From positions 2,304,001 through 2,368,000 of the forward strand of contig OY760183.1 of assembly GCA_963663275.1 (NCBI GenBank): 64,000 nt of DNA. The letters run 5' to 3'. Below are positions 10,877-20,471 of this stretch, one piece after another. Source of the DNA: Chloroflexota bacterium. Lineage in GTDB: Bacteria > Chloroflexota > UBA11872 > VXOZ01. The position numbers and the translations under genes are program-made. Numbering within the stretch: position 1 is the first letter of the stretch; each line of letters begins with the position of its first letter. The notes beneath the pieces were generated by a model, which was given only the letters and a program-made list of their open reading frames with translations, did not search any database and was not told the origin of the DNA.

Positions 10877-12346
10877 ATGGAGATGCGTGAACTCATCGAA
10901 CGTTTGCAGTCGATTGTCGGCCCGGAGCAGGTGGTGTACCGGCCGGAAGACCTCATCGTCTTCGAACGCGACGCTTCCATCGACGCCCAACTGCCTGCCG
11001 CCGTCGTCCTGCCGCGCACCACGGCGGAAGTTAGCGAGATACTGGCGGCAGCGAGCGAATCCAAGACGCCGGTGGTGCCTAAGGGAGCAGGCACCGGCTT
11101 GTCCGGCGGCGCGGTGCCGGAAGAGAACGGCATTCTGCTCTCCCTGAGCCGCATGAGAGACATTCTGGAGATCGACGAGCATAATCGCACGGCCTTAGTG
11201 GAGCCGGGCGTCGTAAACCTGGAACTATCCAGTGAAGTAAAGCACCTTGGCCTGTACTACGCCCCCGATCCATCGAGCCAATATGCGTGCACGCTGGGCG
11301 GCAACGTTGCGGAAAACTCCGGCGGTGCTCATTGTCTGCGCTATGGCTGTACCATCAATCATGTATTGGGGCTGGAGGTTGTCTTTCCCGGCGGCGACGT
11401 AGCTTGGATTGGTGGCAAAGCGCCGGACGCGCCGGGCTACGACCTGATGAGCGCGATCATCGGCTCCGAGGGCACGATGGGCGTGGTGACCAAGATTCTG
11501 GTCAAGCTCCTGCCGCTGCCGGAAGCGGTCGAGACCTATCTCGCCATCTTCGATAGCGTGCCCGACGCGTGCCGCGCGGTTTCATCGATCATTGGCAACG
11601 GCATCATCCCGGCGGCCTTGGAAATCATGGACCAGGTGGTAACCAGAGCCATAGAAGAGGCCTACCACATCGGCTATCCCGCCGATGCCGGCGGTGTGCT
11701 CATCATCGAGATCGACGGCATGCAGGAAGAGCTTGACGAGCAACGGGATTCCATACTGAATCTATGCCGGGAATCCGGGGCGCTTGAAATCAAAGTGGCG
11801 CAGACGGACGCCGAGCGGGAAACCGTCTGGAGAGGCCGGAAGGGCGCGATTGGCGCGCTGGGGCGGCTGGCGTCGAGTTATTACATCCAGGATTGCGTCG
11901 TGCCGCGCACGAAACTGCCGGAAATCATGCGGTTCGTGGAAGACGTGGCGGAACGCTACGACATCATCATTGCCAACGTCTTCCATGCCGGAGACGGCAA
12001 CCTGCATCCCAATCTGCTCTTCGACGTGCGCGACGGCGACCAGGTGCAGCGCGTCATCGCGGCGGGAGAAGAGATCATCCGCGCGTGCATCGACGCCGGC
12101 GGTTCCCTCTCCGGTGAGCACGGCATCGGCACGGAAAAGCAAGAGTACATGTCGTGGCTCTTCAGCGAAGACGACTTGGAAGCGATGCGCAAGCTGAAGC
12201 GCGCCTTCGATCCCGACTGGCTCTTCAATCCCACCAAGGTTTTCCCCACCGGGGAAGGCCCCCACGCCGCCAAGATTCATATTGGCAAGGCCCCGGCGGT
12301 TTCGCCCAAGACGCCTCACGCCACCCCGGCCGCGGTCTGGAAGTAG
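10877..12346 (+). CDS. glcD: Glycolate/D-lactate oxidase FAD subunit
   Basis: PKGAGTGLSGGA, YAPDPSSQ..CTLGGNVAENSGG, GSEGT, FHAGDGNLHP, GEHGIG. Confidence 0.92.
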   Translation: MEMRELIERLQSIVGPEQVVYRPEDLIVFERDASIDAQLPAAVVLPRTTAEVSEILAAASESKTPVVPKGAGTGLSGGAVPEENGILLSLSRMRDILEIDEHNRTALVEPGVVNLELSSEVKHLGLYYAPDPSSQYACTLGGNVAENSGGAHCLRYGCTINHVLGLEVVFPGGDVAWIGGKAPDAPGYDLMSAIIGSEGTMGVVTKILVKLLPLPEAVETYLAIFDSVPDACRAVSSIIGNGIIPAALEIMDQVVTRAIEEAYHIGYPADAGGVLIIEIDGMQEELDEQRDSILNLCRESGALEIKVAQTDAERETVWRGRKGAIGALGRLASSYYIQDCVVPRTKLPEIMRFVEDVAERYDIIIANVFHAGDGNLHPNLLFDVRDGDQVQRVIAAGEEIIRACIDAGGSLSGEHGIGTEKQEYMSWLFSEDDLEAMRKLKRAFDPDWLFNPTKVFPTGEGPHAAKIHIGKAPAVSPKTPHATPAAVWK

Positions 12347-12360
12347 GACGCAGATACGCC

Positions 12361-13713
12361 TTGCTGACTGAGACCATCCACACCCACCTCGCGCGGGTCG
12401 TCTCTGACGAGGCGCTAACGGACGATACGCCTCCAATCGACGGCATCCGGCCCGGGCTGGCGGTAACGCCGGGTTCGGTGGAGGAGTTGGCTGCCGTGGT
12501 TGCGGAATTGGCGGCGGCCGGCGCGCCCACGGTCGTCATCGGCGGCGGCACCATGCTCGACCTCGGCACACCGCCTTCCGCCGCTGAAGTGGCGCTCCGC
12601 ACGAGCGGCCTCGATGCGATCACGGAGTACCAGCCCGCGGACCTCATCGTGACGGCCGAGGCGGGAGTGACGGTAGCAACCCTACAACAGACGCTCCGCG
12701 AGCACGGCCAGACGCTGCCGCTGGAGACGCCCCGCCCGCACGAGGCAACCCTGGGCGGCGCGCTGGCGGCGAATGCGCACGGCCCGCTGCGCTTTGTATT
12801 TGGTACGGGCAAGGACCTGGTGATGGGCATGCGGTTCATCCAGGGCGACGGCACGCTGGTCAAGAGCGGCGGCGAGGTCGTTAAGAACGTAGCGGGCTTC
12901 GGGTTGCACAAACTTCACGTGGGCGCTCTGGGCACATTGGGCGTGATAGCCGCGGTGACGTTCAAAGTCTTTCCACTCCCCAAAGCCGACGAAACGGTGA
13001 CGTTCGCCTTTGCCGACGCCAAGGCCGCCTTCGACACGGCCTTTGCCCTGCGCGAGCAGTTGCCCGCGGCCGCCGTGGTCCTGAATGAAACGGCGCAAGG
13101 GCGCGTGCTGGGTGAGACGCGGGGAGCGCACGTGCTGGCGGCCCGCTTCATGGGCGCTCAACGCGCCGTCGAGCGGCAAGTGCGCGAAGCGTCGAAAGCG
13201 GGAACCGCGGCCGGCGCAATCGCGGTGGATACGACGCCAACCGCGGACGGCCCGGCGCTGTGGCAAGAGAGCGTGGACATGGGTTGGGAGGCCGCCGCGC
13301 CGCCGGCGTTGATCAAGGCGAGCGCCGTGCCTTCGGAACTGCGCCACGTCTACGATGCCTTCGATCAAACCGCCGTCTCCGAAGAAGGCGCGGCCGGTAT
13401 TGTGGCCGATGCGCTCGACGGATCGCTCCGGTGCGCCGTCTTGCCGCCCTTAGAACAGGAGAGCGCGCGGGACGCGGGGCAGTCCGCCGGGCAGCCATCA
13501 TTGGCGCAACTGCTGCGCCTGCTCGTGCACGCTCGCACGGCCAGCCAGGAGCACGGCGGCCATCTGGTGCTGCAGCGCGGTTCGCCGGCGCTCAAGGCCG
13601 CCTTTGACGTTTGGGGGCCGCAGCCGCAGGGATTGGCCGTGATGCGCGCCCTCAAAGAGACCTACGATTCCAGCCACATACTCAACCCCGGCCGCTTCGT
13701 GGGCGGCATCTAA
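12361..13713 (+). CDS. glcE: Glycolate oxidase FAD-binding subunit
   Basis: ATLGGALAAN..GP.R, GGEVVKNVAGF, G.LGTLGVI, LNPGRF. Lies between glcD and glcF; TTG start. Confidence 0.87.
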   Translation: MLTETIHTHLARVVSDEALTDDTPPIDGIRPGLAVTPGSVEELAAVVAELAAAGAPTVVIGGGTMLDLGTPPSAAEVALRTSGLDAITEYQPADLIVTAEAGVTVATLQQTLREHGQTLPLETPRPHEATLGGALAANAHGPLRFVFGTGKDLVMGMRFIQGDGTLVKSGGEVVKNVAGFGLHKLHVGALGTLGVIAAVTFKVFPLPKADETVTFAFADAKAAFDTAFALREQLPAAAVVLNETAQGRVLGETRGAHVLAARFMGAQRAVERQVREASKAGTAAGAIAVDTTPTADGPALWQESVDMGWEAAAPPALIKASAVPSELRHVYDAFDQTAVSEEGAAGIVADALDGSLRCAVLPPLEQESARDAGQSAGQPSLAQLLRLLVHARTASQEHGGHLVLQRGSPALKAAFDVWGPQPQGLAVMRALKETYDSSHILNPGRFVGGI

Positions 13714-13740
13714 GGGCAGATTGTAGCGAGCAAAGCCAGC

Positions 13741-15120
13741 GTGAATACCGACGTGGACCAGCCCGGGCTGGTCATTCCCAAGGACGATAACGGGCGCGTA
13801 CGCTTCGAGGGTCTGACCGATGACGACCTGGCGCAGTGCGTGCATTGCGGCCTCTGCCTCAACGCCTGTCCGACGTACCGCGAGACCGGCCTGGAGATGG
13901 AGAGCCCGCGCGGCCGCATCTATCTGGTAAAGGCGGCCAAGGAAGAGCGCATTCCGATCAATGATACGTTTTTGCAGCACATCTTCCTCTGCCTGGACTG
14001 CCGGGCGTGCGAGACCGCCTGCCCGTCCGGCGTGCAGTACGGCAAGATCATCGAGGCGGCGCGGGGCGAGGCGATCACGGCGCAGCCCGGAGGCGCGATG
14101 CCGCGCTTCCTGCGTTGGCTCGTCTTCAAGCAACTCTTCCCGTATCCGAGAAGGCTCGGTCTGGCAGCCGGATTGCTCCGCTTCTACCAGAACTCCGGAT
14201 TGCAGGCGTTTGTGCGCCGCCGGGGAATCTTGAGATTCTTTGGTGAGTTTGGCAAGACCGAGGCCTTCCTGCCGCGGCTCTCGCCCGCGTTCTATGCCGC
14301 GCCGCCGGCGGAAGTGGTTCCGGCGCGGGGGGAGACGAAACACCGGGTGGGCTTCGTCACCGGCTGCATCATGCCGTATTTCTTCGGCGAGACGAATCGC
14401 GCCACCGTAAACGTGCTCACCCGCAATGGCTGCGAGGTGGTCATTCCCAAGAAACAGCGCTGCTGCGGGGCGCTGGGCGTTCACGCCGGCGCCCGCGAGA
14501 CCGCCAAAGACCTGGCCCGGCGCAACATCGACGTTTTCGAACAACACAACGTGGACGTTATCATCAGCAACGCCGCCGGCTGCGGCACCGCGCTCAAGGA
14601 GTACGACGTCCTTCTGGAGAATGACCCCGCGTATGCGGGACGGGCGCGGGAATTCTCGCACAAGGTGAAGGACATCAGCGAGTACCTGGCCGAAATCGAG
14701 GTGGATACGAATTTTGGGCCGGTGGAGAAGCGCGTCACCTATCAGGACGCTTGCCACCTGGCCCACGGGCAGCGGGTGCGCGAGCAACCCCGCGCCCTAC
14801 TGCAAGCGATTCCGGGGCTTGAGTTTGTGGAAATGAAGAACTCCGATCATTGTTGCGGCAGCGCGGGCGTGTATAACATCGTGCAAGCCGAGATGGCGCA
14901 GCGCGTTGTTGCGCCGAAAGTAGTCAATATCGAGGCGACGGCTGCCGAACACGTCGTGGTGGGCAATCCCGGCTGCATGTTGCAGATGGACAGCGCCCTT
15001 GCCGCGGAGGGTGTCGCCACGCGGTCGCTCCACACGATGGAGTTGCTCGACGAAGCCTACCGCGCGGCCGAGAAGACAGCGCCCACCGAATCTGATTCAG
15101 TCAAGCACGACGGCGCGTGA
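13741..15120 (+). CDS. glcF: Glycolate oxidase iron-sulfur subunit
   Basis: CVHCGLCLNACP and CLDCRACETACP 4Fe-4S motifs, two CCG domains, DACHLAH. Confidence 0.92.
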   Translation: MNTDVDQPGLVIPKDDNGRVRFEGLTDDDLAQCVHCGLCLNACPTYRETGLEMESPRGRIYLVKAAKEERIPINDTFLQHIFLCLDCRACETACPSGVQYGKIIEAARGEAITAQPGGAMPRFLRWLVFKQLFPYPRRLGLAAGLLRFYQNSGLQAFVRRRGILRFFGEFGKTEAFLPRLSPAFYAAPPAEVVPARGETKHRVGFVTGCIMPYFFGETNRATVNVLTRNGCEVVIPKKQRCCGALGVHAGARETAKDLARRNIDVFEQHNVDVIISNAAGCGTALKEYDVLLENDPAYAGRAREFSHKVKDISEYLAEIEVDTNFGPVEKRVTYQDACHLAHGQRVREQPRALLQAIPGLEFVEMKNSDHCCGSAGVYNIVQAEMAQRVVAPKVVNIEATAAEHVVVGNPGCMLQMDSALAAEGVATRSLHTMELLDEAYRAAEKTAPTESDSVKHDGA

Positions 15121-15257
15121 GCGCCATTGAAGACAATCAGCGCATGGTTGAAGACGTAGAGCGCATGGGGGAATGAGCCGTCGTCTCGCCTTCGAGGACG
15201 ATTGCGGACGACCGGCAGCCGAACACGAGTCGATTTCTTAGGAAGGAGTCCTGCGTC

Positions 15258-16289
15258 ATGGAAGAATCAGGCGACAATGGCGTGAAAGACCTGACGATCA
15301 TCGGAGGCGGGCCAACCGGGCTATTCGGGCTCTTCTATGCCGGTGTGCGCGGCCTCGACACGCAACTCGTGGAAGCGATGGACGAACTCGGCGGCGCGCT
15401 CTCCGCGCTGTACGGGGAGAAATTCGTTTACGACATGGCCGGTTTTCCGGCCATTTTGGCGAAAGATCTTGTTGCCGTCATGCACGAGCAGGCGGACCAG
15501 TGGCAGTATCCCATCCATCTCTCGCAGAAGATACTCGACTTCGAGGAAGTGGACGGCCACTACGTTCTCCGCGCTCAGAGCGGCGAGGAGTTCAAGAGCA
15601 AGGCAGTGCTCATCGCCAACGGCAACGGCGCGTTCGCGCCGCGCAAACTGAGGATCCCCGGCATCGAGCCGCTGGAGGACAAGCAGATATTCTATACCGT
15701 CAAGAATATGGACTCCTTTCGGGGCAAGCGCGTGTTGGTAATCGGCGGCGGTGATTCGGCCCTGGACTGGGCGCTGGCCCTGGACGAGATCGCGGAGATG
15801 GTGACGCTCATTCACCGTCTGCCGGTGTGGCAGGCGCATGAGGCCACCGTCAAGCTCATCTTCGAGTCGAACGTAGACGTGCACTTTCCCCGCCACGAGG
15901 CAAAGGAGTTGCACGTCAGCGACGGCATACTCACCGGCGCTACGATCATCAACCTCCAGTCGAAAGAGACGTTCGATTTGGAAGTGGACATAATCCTCAT
16001 TTGCATCGGCTTCCTCATGGATACCACGGTCATACGCAAGTGGGGCGTGGACCTGGCGGGCAAGAAGGGCATCCAGGTAGACCCTTCGACGATGGCGACC
16101 AGCCGGCCCGGCGTCTACGCGGCCGGCGACATCGCCGCCTACGAGGGCAAGATCAACCTGATTGCTTGCGGCGCGTCCGAGGCGGCAATGGCAGTGAATC
16201 AGGCAGTGCGGTATATTAACCCCGACGCGCGCTTGGCCCCGGGCCACAGCAGCGACATGGACATCTTTACCAAACGGGACGAAAAGTAG
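15258..16289 (+). CDS. Thioredoxin-reductase-fold ferredoxin-NAD(P)+ reductase (YumC-like)
   Basis: IIGGGPTG, GNGAFAPRKL, GGGDSALDWA, GVYAAGDI, C-terminal PGHSS; no redox CxxC. Confidence 0.85.
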   Translation: MEESGDNGVKDLTIIGGGPTGLFGLFYAGVRGLDTQLVEAMDELGGALSALYGEKFVYDMAGFPAILAKDLVAVMHEQADQWQYPIHLSQKILDFEEVDGHYVLRAQSGEEFKSKAVLIANGNGAFAPRKLRIPGIEPLEDKQIFYTVKNMDSFRGKRVLVIGGGDSALDWALALDEIAEMVTLIHRLPVWQAHEATVKLIFESNVDVHFPRHEAKELHVSDGILTGATIINLQSKETFDLEVDIILICIGFLMDTTVIRKWGVDLAGKKGIQVDPSTMATSRPGVYAAGDIAAYEGKINLIACGASEAAMAVNQAVRYINPDARLAPGHSSDMDIFTKRDEK

Positions 16290-16328
16290 GCGGAGCCGCC
16301 AGTCCACAGCCGGAGCGGAGGAGCGCCA

Positions 16329-16838
16329 TTGGCCACACAATCGAGAAAAGCGGGAGGCGTCGAAGTCGCGGAAGGCGCAGCCGCCAGGTACGCGGCGCTC
16401 GCCCGTGAAATCGAGGACTGCGCGCGGGAGCCGGGCACGACGCTCGACATGCTCCATGCGGTGCAGCGCCAGTTCGGCTACCTGGAACCCCAGGCGGTGG
16501 GCATGGCCGCGGACGCGCTGGGACTGACCAAGGCGCAACTCTATGGCGTGGCCACGTTTTACACGATGTTCTTCTTCGAGCCGAAACCGCCGGTCATCGC
16601 CCGCGTTTGCGTCAACCTCTCGTGCCACCTGCGCGGCGCGCAGGAGATTCTGCATACGCTGGAAGAAGCGGCGGAGGCGGAGCCCGGCGGGTTCGAAGTG
16701 GAAGAGGTGATGTGCCTCGGTCTGTGCGAGCAGGCCCCGGCGCTGCTGGTCAACGAGAAAGCCGTGGGGCTCGTGTCACCGTCAGAGGCGCTCTCACAGG
16801 TGCAAGCCAGCGTCGCGGCCATCGAGGACACCCGGTAG
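16329..16838 (+). CDS. nuoE: NuoE-like [2Fe-2S] subunit
   Basis: LHAVQRQFGYL, YGVATFY, CVNLSC...CLGLCEQAP. Confidence 0.88.
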   Translation: MATQSRKAGGVEVAEGAAARYAALAREIEDCAREPGTTLDMLHAVQRQFGYLEPQAVGMAADALGLTKAQLYGVATFYTMFFFEPKPPVIARVCVNLSCHLRGAQEILHTLEEAAEAEPGGFEVEEVMCLGLCEQAPALLVNEKAVGLVSPSEALSQVQASVAAIEDTR

Positions 16839-16877
16839 GGCGCATTCATAGCCCGGCCACCGCGAGGAGCGAACGGC

Positions 16878-18233
16878 ATGGAACAGGTCTGTCTGCGGCG
16901 AATACACAACGAGAACTCCCAGGACATTGAGTCCTTCATGGCCCACGGCGGCTATGACGGCCTGCGCAAGGCCTTGACCGAGATGACGCCTGAAGCCGTG
17001 CACGAAGAGGTGCGCGCCTCGAACATGGGCGGCCGCGGCGGCGCGGGCTTTCCCACGGCGATGAAGTGGAACTTCCTCGTTGGCGCGAAGGGCGAGCCGA
17101 AATACGTGCTCTGCAACTTCGACGAGAGCGAACCGGGCACCTTCTCCAACCGCATCATCGGCGAGGAAGATCCGCATCTCCTGGTCGAGGGCTGCGCGCT
17201 GGCAGCCTACGCCACCGGCTGCTCCATCATCTTCATCTACATTCGCGGGGAGTATTTCCTGGCGTACGAACGGGTAAAGCGCGCCATCGAGCAGGCGTAC
17301 GCGCGCGGTTTCCTGGGGCGGAACGTGATGGGCACGGACTTTTCCGTGGAGTTGTACCTGCGGCGCGGCGCGGGCGCGTACATCTGCGGTGAAGAGACCG
17401 CTATCATGAATTCCCTGGAAGGCAAGCGCGGCTATCCGCGCGCGCGCCCGCCGTTTCCCGCCAATGAAGGGCTGTTTGGCAAACCGACGCTCATCAACAA
17501 CGTGGAAACGCTCTCGAACCTACCCGATATTGTCCTCAAGGGCGGGGAGTGGTGGAGCAAACTCGGCGTCAATGAAGGCGCGGGGCTGAACATCTACTGC
17601 GTTTCCGGCCACGTGGAGCGGCCCGGCGCGTACGAACTGCCCATGGGCACCACCGCGCGCGAACTGATCCACGAACACGCCGGCGGCGTCTGGCAGGGAC
17701 GGGAACTCAAGGCGTGGAAGCCGGGCGGCGCTTCCAGCGCCATCCTGCCGGCAGACATGATCGACCTGGTGCTCGACTTCAAGCCGGTACAGGCGGCCGG
17801 CACCATTCTCGGCACGGCGGGCGTCGTTGTCATGGACGACCATACCTGCGTGGTAGACGCGGCCATCCGCGACGCGGGCTTCTTCGAGGAAGAATCCTGC
17901 GGCTTCTGCTTCCCCTGCCGGGACGGCACGCGCGTGCTGCGGATGCTGCTCGAACGGGTGCGCCACGGCGTGGCATCGCCCGATACCATCGACCTCATCG
18001 AACACGCCTCGCAGGACATGATGGGCGCGTCGTTCTGCGGCCTCGGCCAGTTTGCGCCGTGGCCCGTGGTGAGCACCGTGCGCAACTTCGCTAAGGAGTA
18101 TGAGTCCCACATACTCGGCAAGGAGTGTCCGGCGGGCGTGTGCCCCATGGACGGCGTGGAGCCGGACGAGCACGTCGACCGCCGCACGCTGCAAGAGATG
18201 CTGGTGGCGCAAAAGGGCGGGGCTTTGGCCTAG
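16878..18233 (+). CDS. nuoF: NuoF-like FMN/NADH-binding subunit
   Basis: GRGGAGFPT, DESEPGTF, GAGAYICGEETA, NNVETL, ESCGFCFPCR, FCGLG. Confidence 0.92.
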   Translation: MEQVCLRRIHNENSQDIESFMAHGGYDGLRKALTEMTPEAVHEEVRASNMGGRGGAGFPTAMKWNFLVGAKGEPKYVLCNFDESEPGTFSNRIIGEEDPHLLVEGCALAAYATGCSIIFIYIRGEYFLAYERVKRAIEQAYARGFLGRNVMGTDFSVELYLRRGAGAYICGEETAIMNSLEGKRGYPRARPPFPANEGLFGKPTLINNVETLSNLPDIVLKGGEWWSKLGVNEGAGLNIYCVSGHVERPGAYELPMGTTARELIHEHAGGVWQGRELKAWKPGGASSAILPADMIDLVLDFKPVQAAGTILGTAGVVVMDDHTCVVDAAIRDAGFFEEESCGFCFPCRDGTRVLRMLLERVRHGVASPDTIDLIEHASQDMMGASFCGLGQFAPWPVVSTVRNFAKEYESHILGKECPAGVCPMDGVEPDEHVDRRTLQEMLVAQKGGALA

Positions 18234-18371
18234 CGGTTTCTTCGTCCGTGGTGCTGTGCGGCATCCCCGCGCAGCACCTGATTAACGTGCTTCGCCTTCG
18301 TAACCCTGTTCCGCGCTGCCGTCGTGTGGTCTTTCCCCTGCGCCTTCGTGCTTGCTTAGAATCCCTATTGC

Positions 18372-19661
18372 CTAGGGCGCAACCGCTTCCGCGGCGGCGC
18401 CGGCTTGCTCTCTGCTGTAGACTTCCGGCACCTTCAGGATGATGAGCGCGCTCAACGCGAAGAATACTGCCATCATGACAAAGACGGCCGGGTAGCCGAG
18501 GAGTGGCTCGATGCCGTTGAAAGTGTCGAGCACGATGCCGGCCGTCAAACTGCCCAGCGCGTCGCCGCCGGCGGTGGCGAGATTAGTAAGGCCCATGTAG
18601 AGCCCGGGCGCTCGTGGATCGGGGATGAGTTCCATAGCCAAGGCCCAGTCGGCGGTGACGAAGATGCCCACGGCCCCGCCAAGCAGGGCAAAGCTCACCA
18701 GCAGCATGGGGTAGTTCGTCGTAAAGATCAAGACCAGCGAACCCACAATCGCGATGCCGCAGGACACGAAGATCAGCGTGCGCCGGTCCGTGCGGTCCGA
18801 TATCCAGCCGGCCGGCAAGGTGAGGATGGTGGAAATGATGATGAAGACGCCAAGCGCCACGGTTACGGCGGCGCCAGCGTTGTCGGTGATGCCCAGCCGC
18901 TCGCGCACGAGGAAGAGCAAGATCTGATCGCCCGCAAGCAGCCCCATGAAGAAGAACAGTCGGGAGAAGAGCACCCACGTGAACCCCGGCCTGGTCCGCA
19001 ATTCGGCAAGGCGGGTACGCAATTCTATCACGACCCCGGCGAATTCGGGTTTCTCTTGCAGCGGGTCCTCGCGGATCGTCAAGGCGGAAACGAGGGCTAC
19101 GGTGACGAACACACCGGCCGCGACAACGAGATAGTAGTCGGGCACCATTTGATCGAGAAACCAGCCGGCCACCAGCGCGCCGACCAGAAAGCCGATGTTC
19201 TTGGAAAGTCCGAGAAAGGCAGAGGCCCGGCCCCATTGGCTGCTCGGCACGCGATCGGGCACGATGCCTTGGTAGGGTCCCAGGGCGCTGTTCGCGGCAA
19301 TCTGAATCACGATGATCATGGCAAAGAGCCACGCGTAGGAAGTGTCCGCCGCGATCAGCAATATGAACAGAGCGGCGACGAGCGAGCCGACGAGCATGAA
19401 GGGCCGCCGCCGGCCCCAGCGCAACGTGGAGCGGTCGCTCACCGCGCCCATGACCGGCTGCACGATGATCGCCACCACCAGACCCACGGCGAGCATCACG
19501 CCGAGAGCGGTACCCTTCTGCGCCGAGCCTACCTGCATCTCTACTCGATCAGGCAGGTAGATGAGGTTCATGCCGCCCCAGACGATGTTGAGGCCAAGCC
19601 AGTAAAGACTAAGCTGGGCCAGGTACAGCAACGGGACGCGGCGGGACGTTTCAGCCGACAT
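18372..19661 (-). CDS. MFS transporter
   Basis: About 12 TM helices; GAVSDRSTLRWGRRRPF and GWISDRTDRR motif-A repeats. Confidence 0.9.
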   Translation of the reverse strand: MSAETSRRVPLLYLAQLSLYWLGLNIVWGGMNLIYLPDRVEMQVGSAQKGTALGVMLAVGLVVAIIVQPVMGAVSDRSTLRWGRRRPFMLVGSLVAALFILLIAADTSYAWLFAMIIVIQIAANSALGPYQGIVPDRVPSSQWGRASAFLGLSKNIGFLVGALVAGWFLDQMVPDYYLVVAAGVFVTVALVSALTIREDPLQEKPEFAGVVIELRTRLAELRTRPGFTWVLFSRLFFFMGLLAGDQILLFLVRERLGITDNAGAAVTVALGVFIIISTILTLPAGWISDRTDRRTLIFVSCGIAIVGSLVLIFTTNYPMLLVSFALLGGAVGIFVTADWALAMELIPDPRAPGLYMGLTNLATAGGDALGSLTAGIVLDTFNGIEPLLGYPAVFVMMAVFFALSALIILKVPEVYSREQAGAAAEAVAP

Positions 19662-19787
19662 GGATCCTCCTCGATTTGTGCAAACCCCACGCGGGGCCGC
19701 GCCCGCGGCTCTGCGGGTAAACCTCGTTCAACATGCTCTCCTCACTCCGCGCGCGGCCTGGGGCCGCGACTTTTGACGGTCTTGCCT

Positions 19788-20453
19788 TCACGTTGTCGTG
19801 GTTTCCGATTCAATAGTCTCCCATTCACGCCGGTCTTGCAGCAGCCGGCCGCCTCTGTAGAAGAGGTAGCAAGCGCCTATCTGAATGACGTGGTAGAGAT
19901 CGTTGTGGTTGAAGTGGCGATGGAGCGCAACCCGCCGCTGCTGGACGAACGCGCCAACCAGCGAAACGAAAACGCCTCCCAGAATATAGCGTGAACTTTC
20001 CGCGCCTTTCCGCCGCTGCCGGCCATGAAACGCGGCAACGCCCGCCATGGCCGAGCCGTAGTCAAGCATCACATAGATGAACCGGTCGCGGGACGCCATC
20101 CAGCCCCAGTAGGCCAGCAACTTCGCCAGCGTACCGGCGAGCAACCAACGCTGCAACGGGCGCGGCGCGGCGGCGGTCACCGTGCTGGCAAGCATACTGG
20201 CGCTCATGCCGCCTGCGGCCAGGAGCGTCCCCTTCCACAGCGCGCGCCGTGCGGCGGGAGACTGCTCGCCGACGGCATGTGAAGTTCCGCCAAGCACCGC
20301 CGCGACGGCGGCCGCTATGAAGCCTGCGCCCCACAATACCTGGGACCATTGCCGCTGCGCCCGCCCGCGCCGGAGCAGTGCGACACCCCACCACGCGTTG
20401 CACGCGCCCAACGCCAGGTCGGTCAGAACGGTCGCCGGTTCGTTGATTCTAAT
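19788..20453 (-). CDS. DUF6962-like membrane protein (proposed ATT start)
   Basis: EPATVLTD N-terminal motif, GGTSH, FNHNDLYHVIQ. First canonical start is TTG at 20411, but family-like sequence continues upstream to ATT at 20453. Confidence 0.7.
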   Translation of the reverse strand: MRINEPATVLTDLALGACNAWWGVALLRRGRAQRQWSQVLWGAGFIAAAVAAVLGGTSHAVGEQSPAARRALWKGTLLAAGGMSASMLASTVTAAAPRPLQRWLLAGTLAKLLAYWGWMASRDRFIYVMLDYGSAMAGVAAFHGRQRRKGAESSRYILGGVFVSLVGAFVQQRRVALHRHFNHNDLYHVIQIGACYLFYRGGRLLQDRREWETIESETTTT

Positions 20454-20471
20454 GCGCCCTCGCTCCTCGCC

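Noticed and set aside
16329-18233. Canonical complex I operon or bifurcating HydABC
   Set aside because: No other nuo or hyd subunits adjoin, and NuoF lacks the C-terminal ferredoxin domains.
18405-19994. 529-aa plus-strand ORF (likewise 5795-7219, 13498-14787, 15321-16655)
   Set aside because: Antisense shadows of motif-bearing genes.
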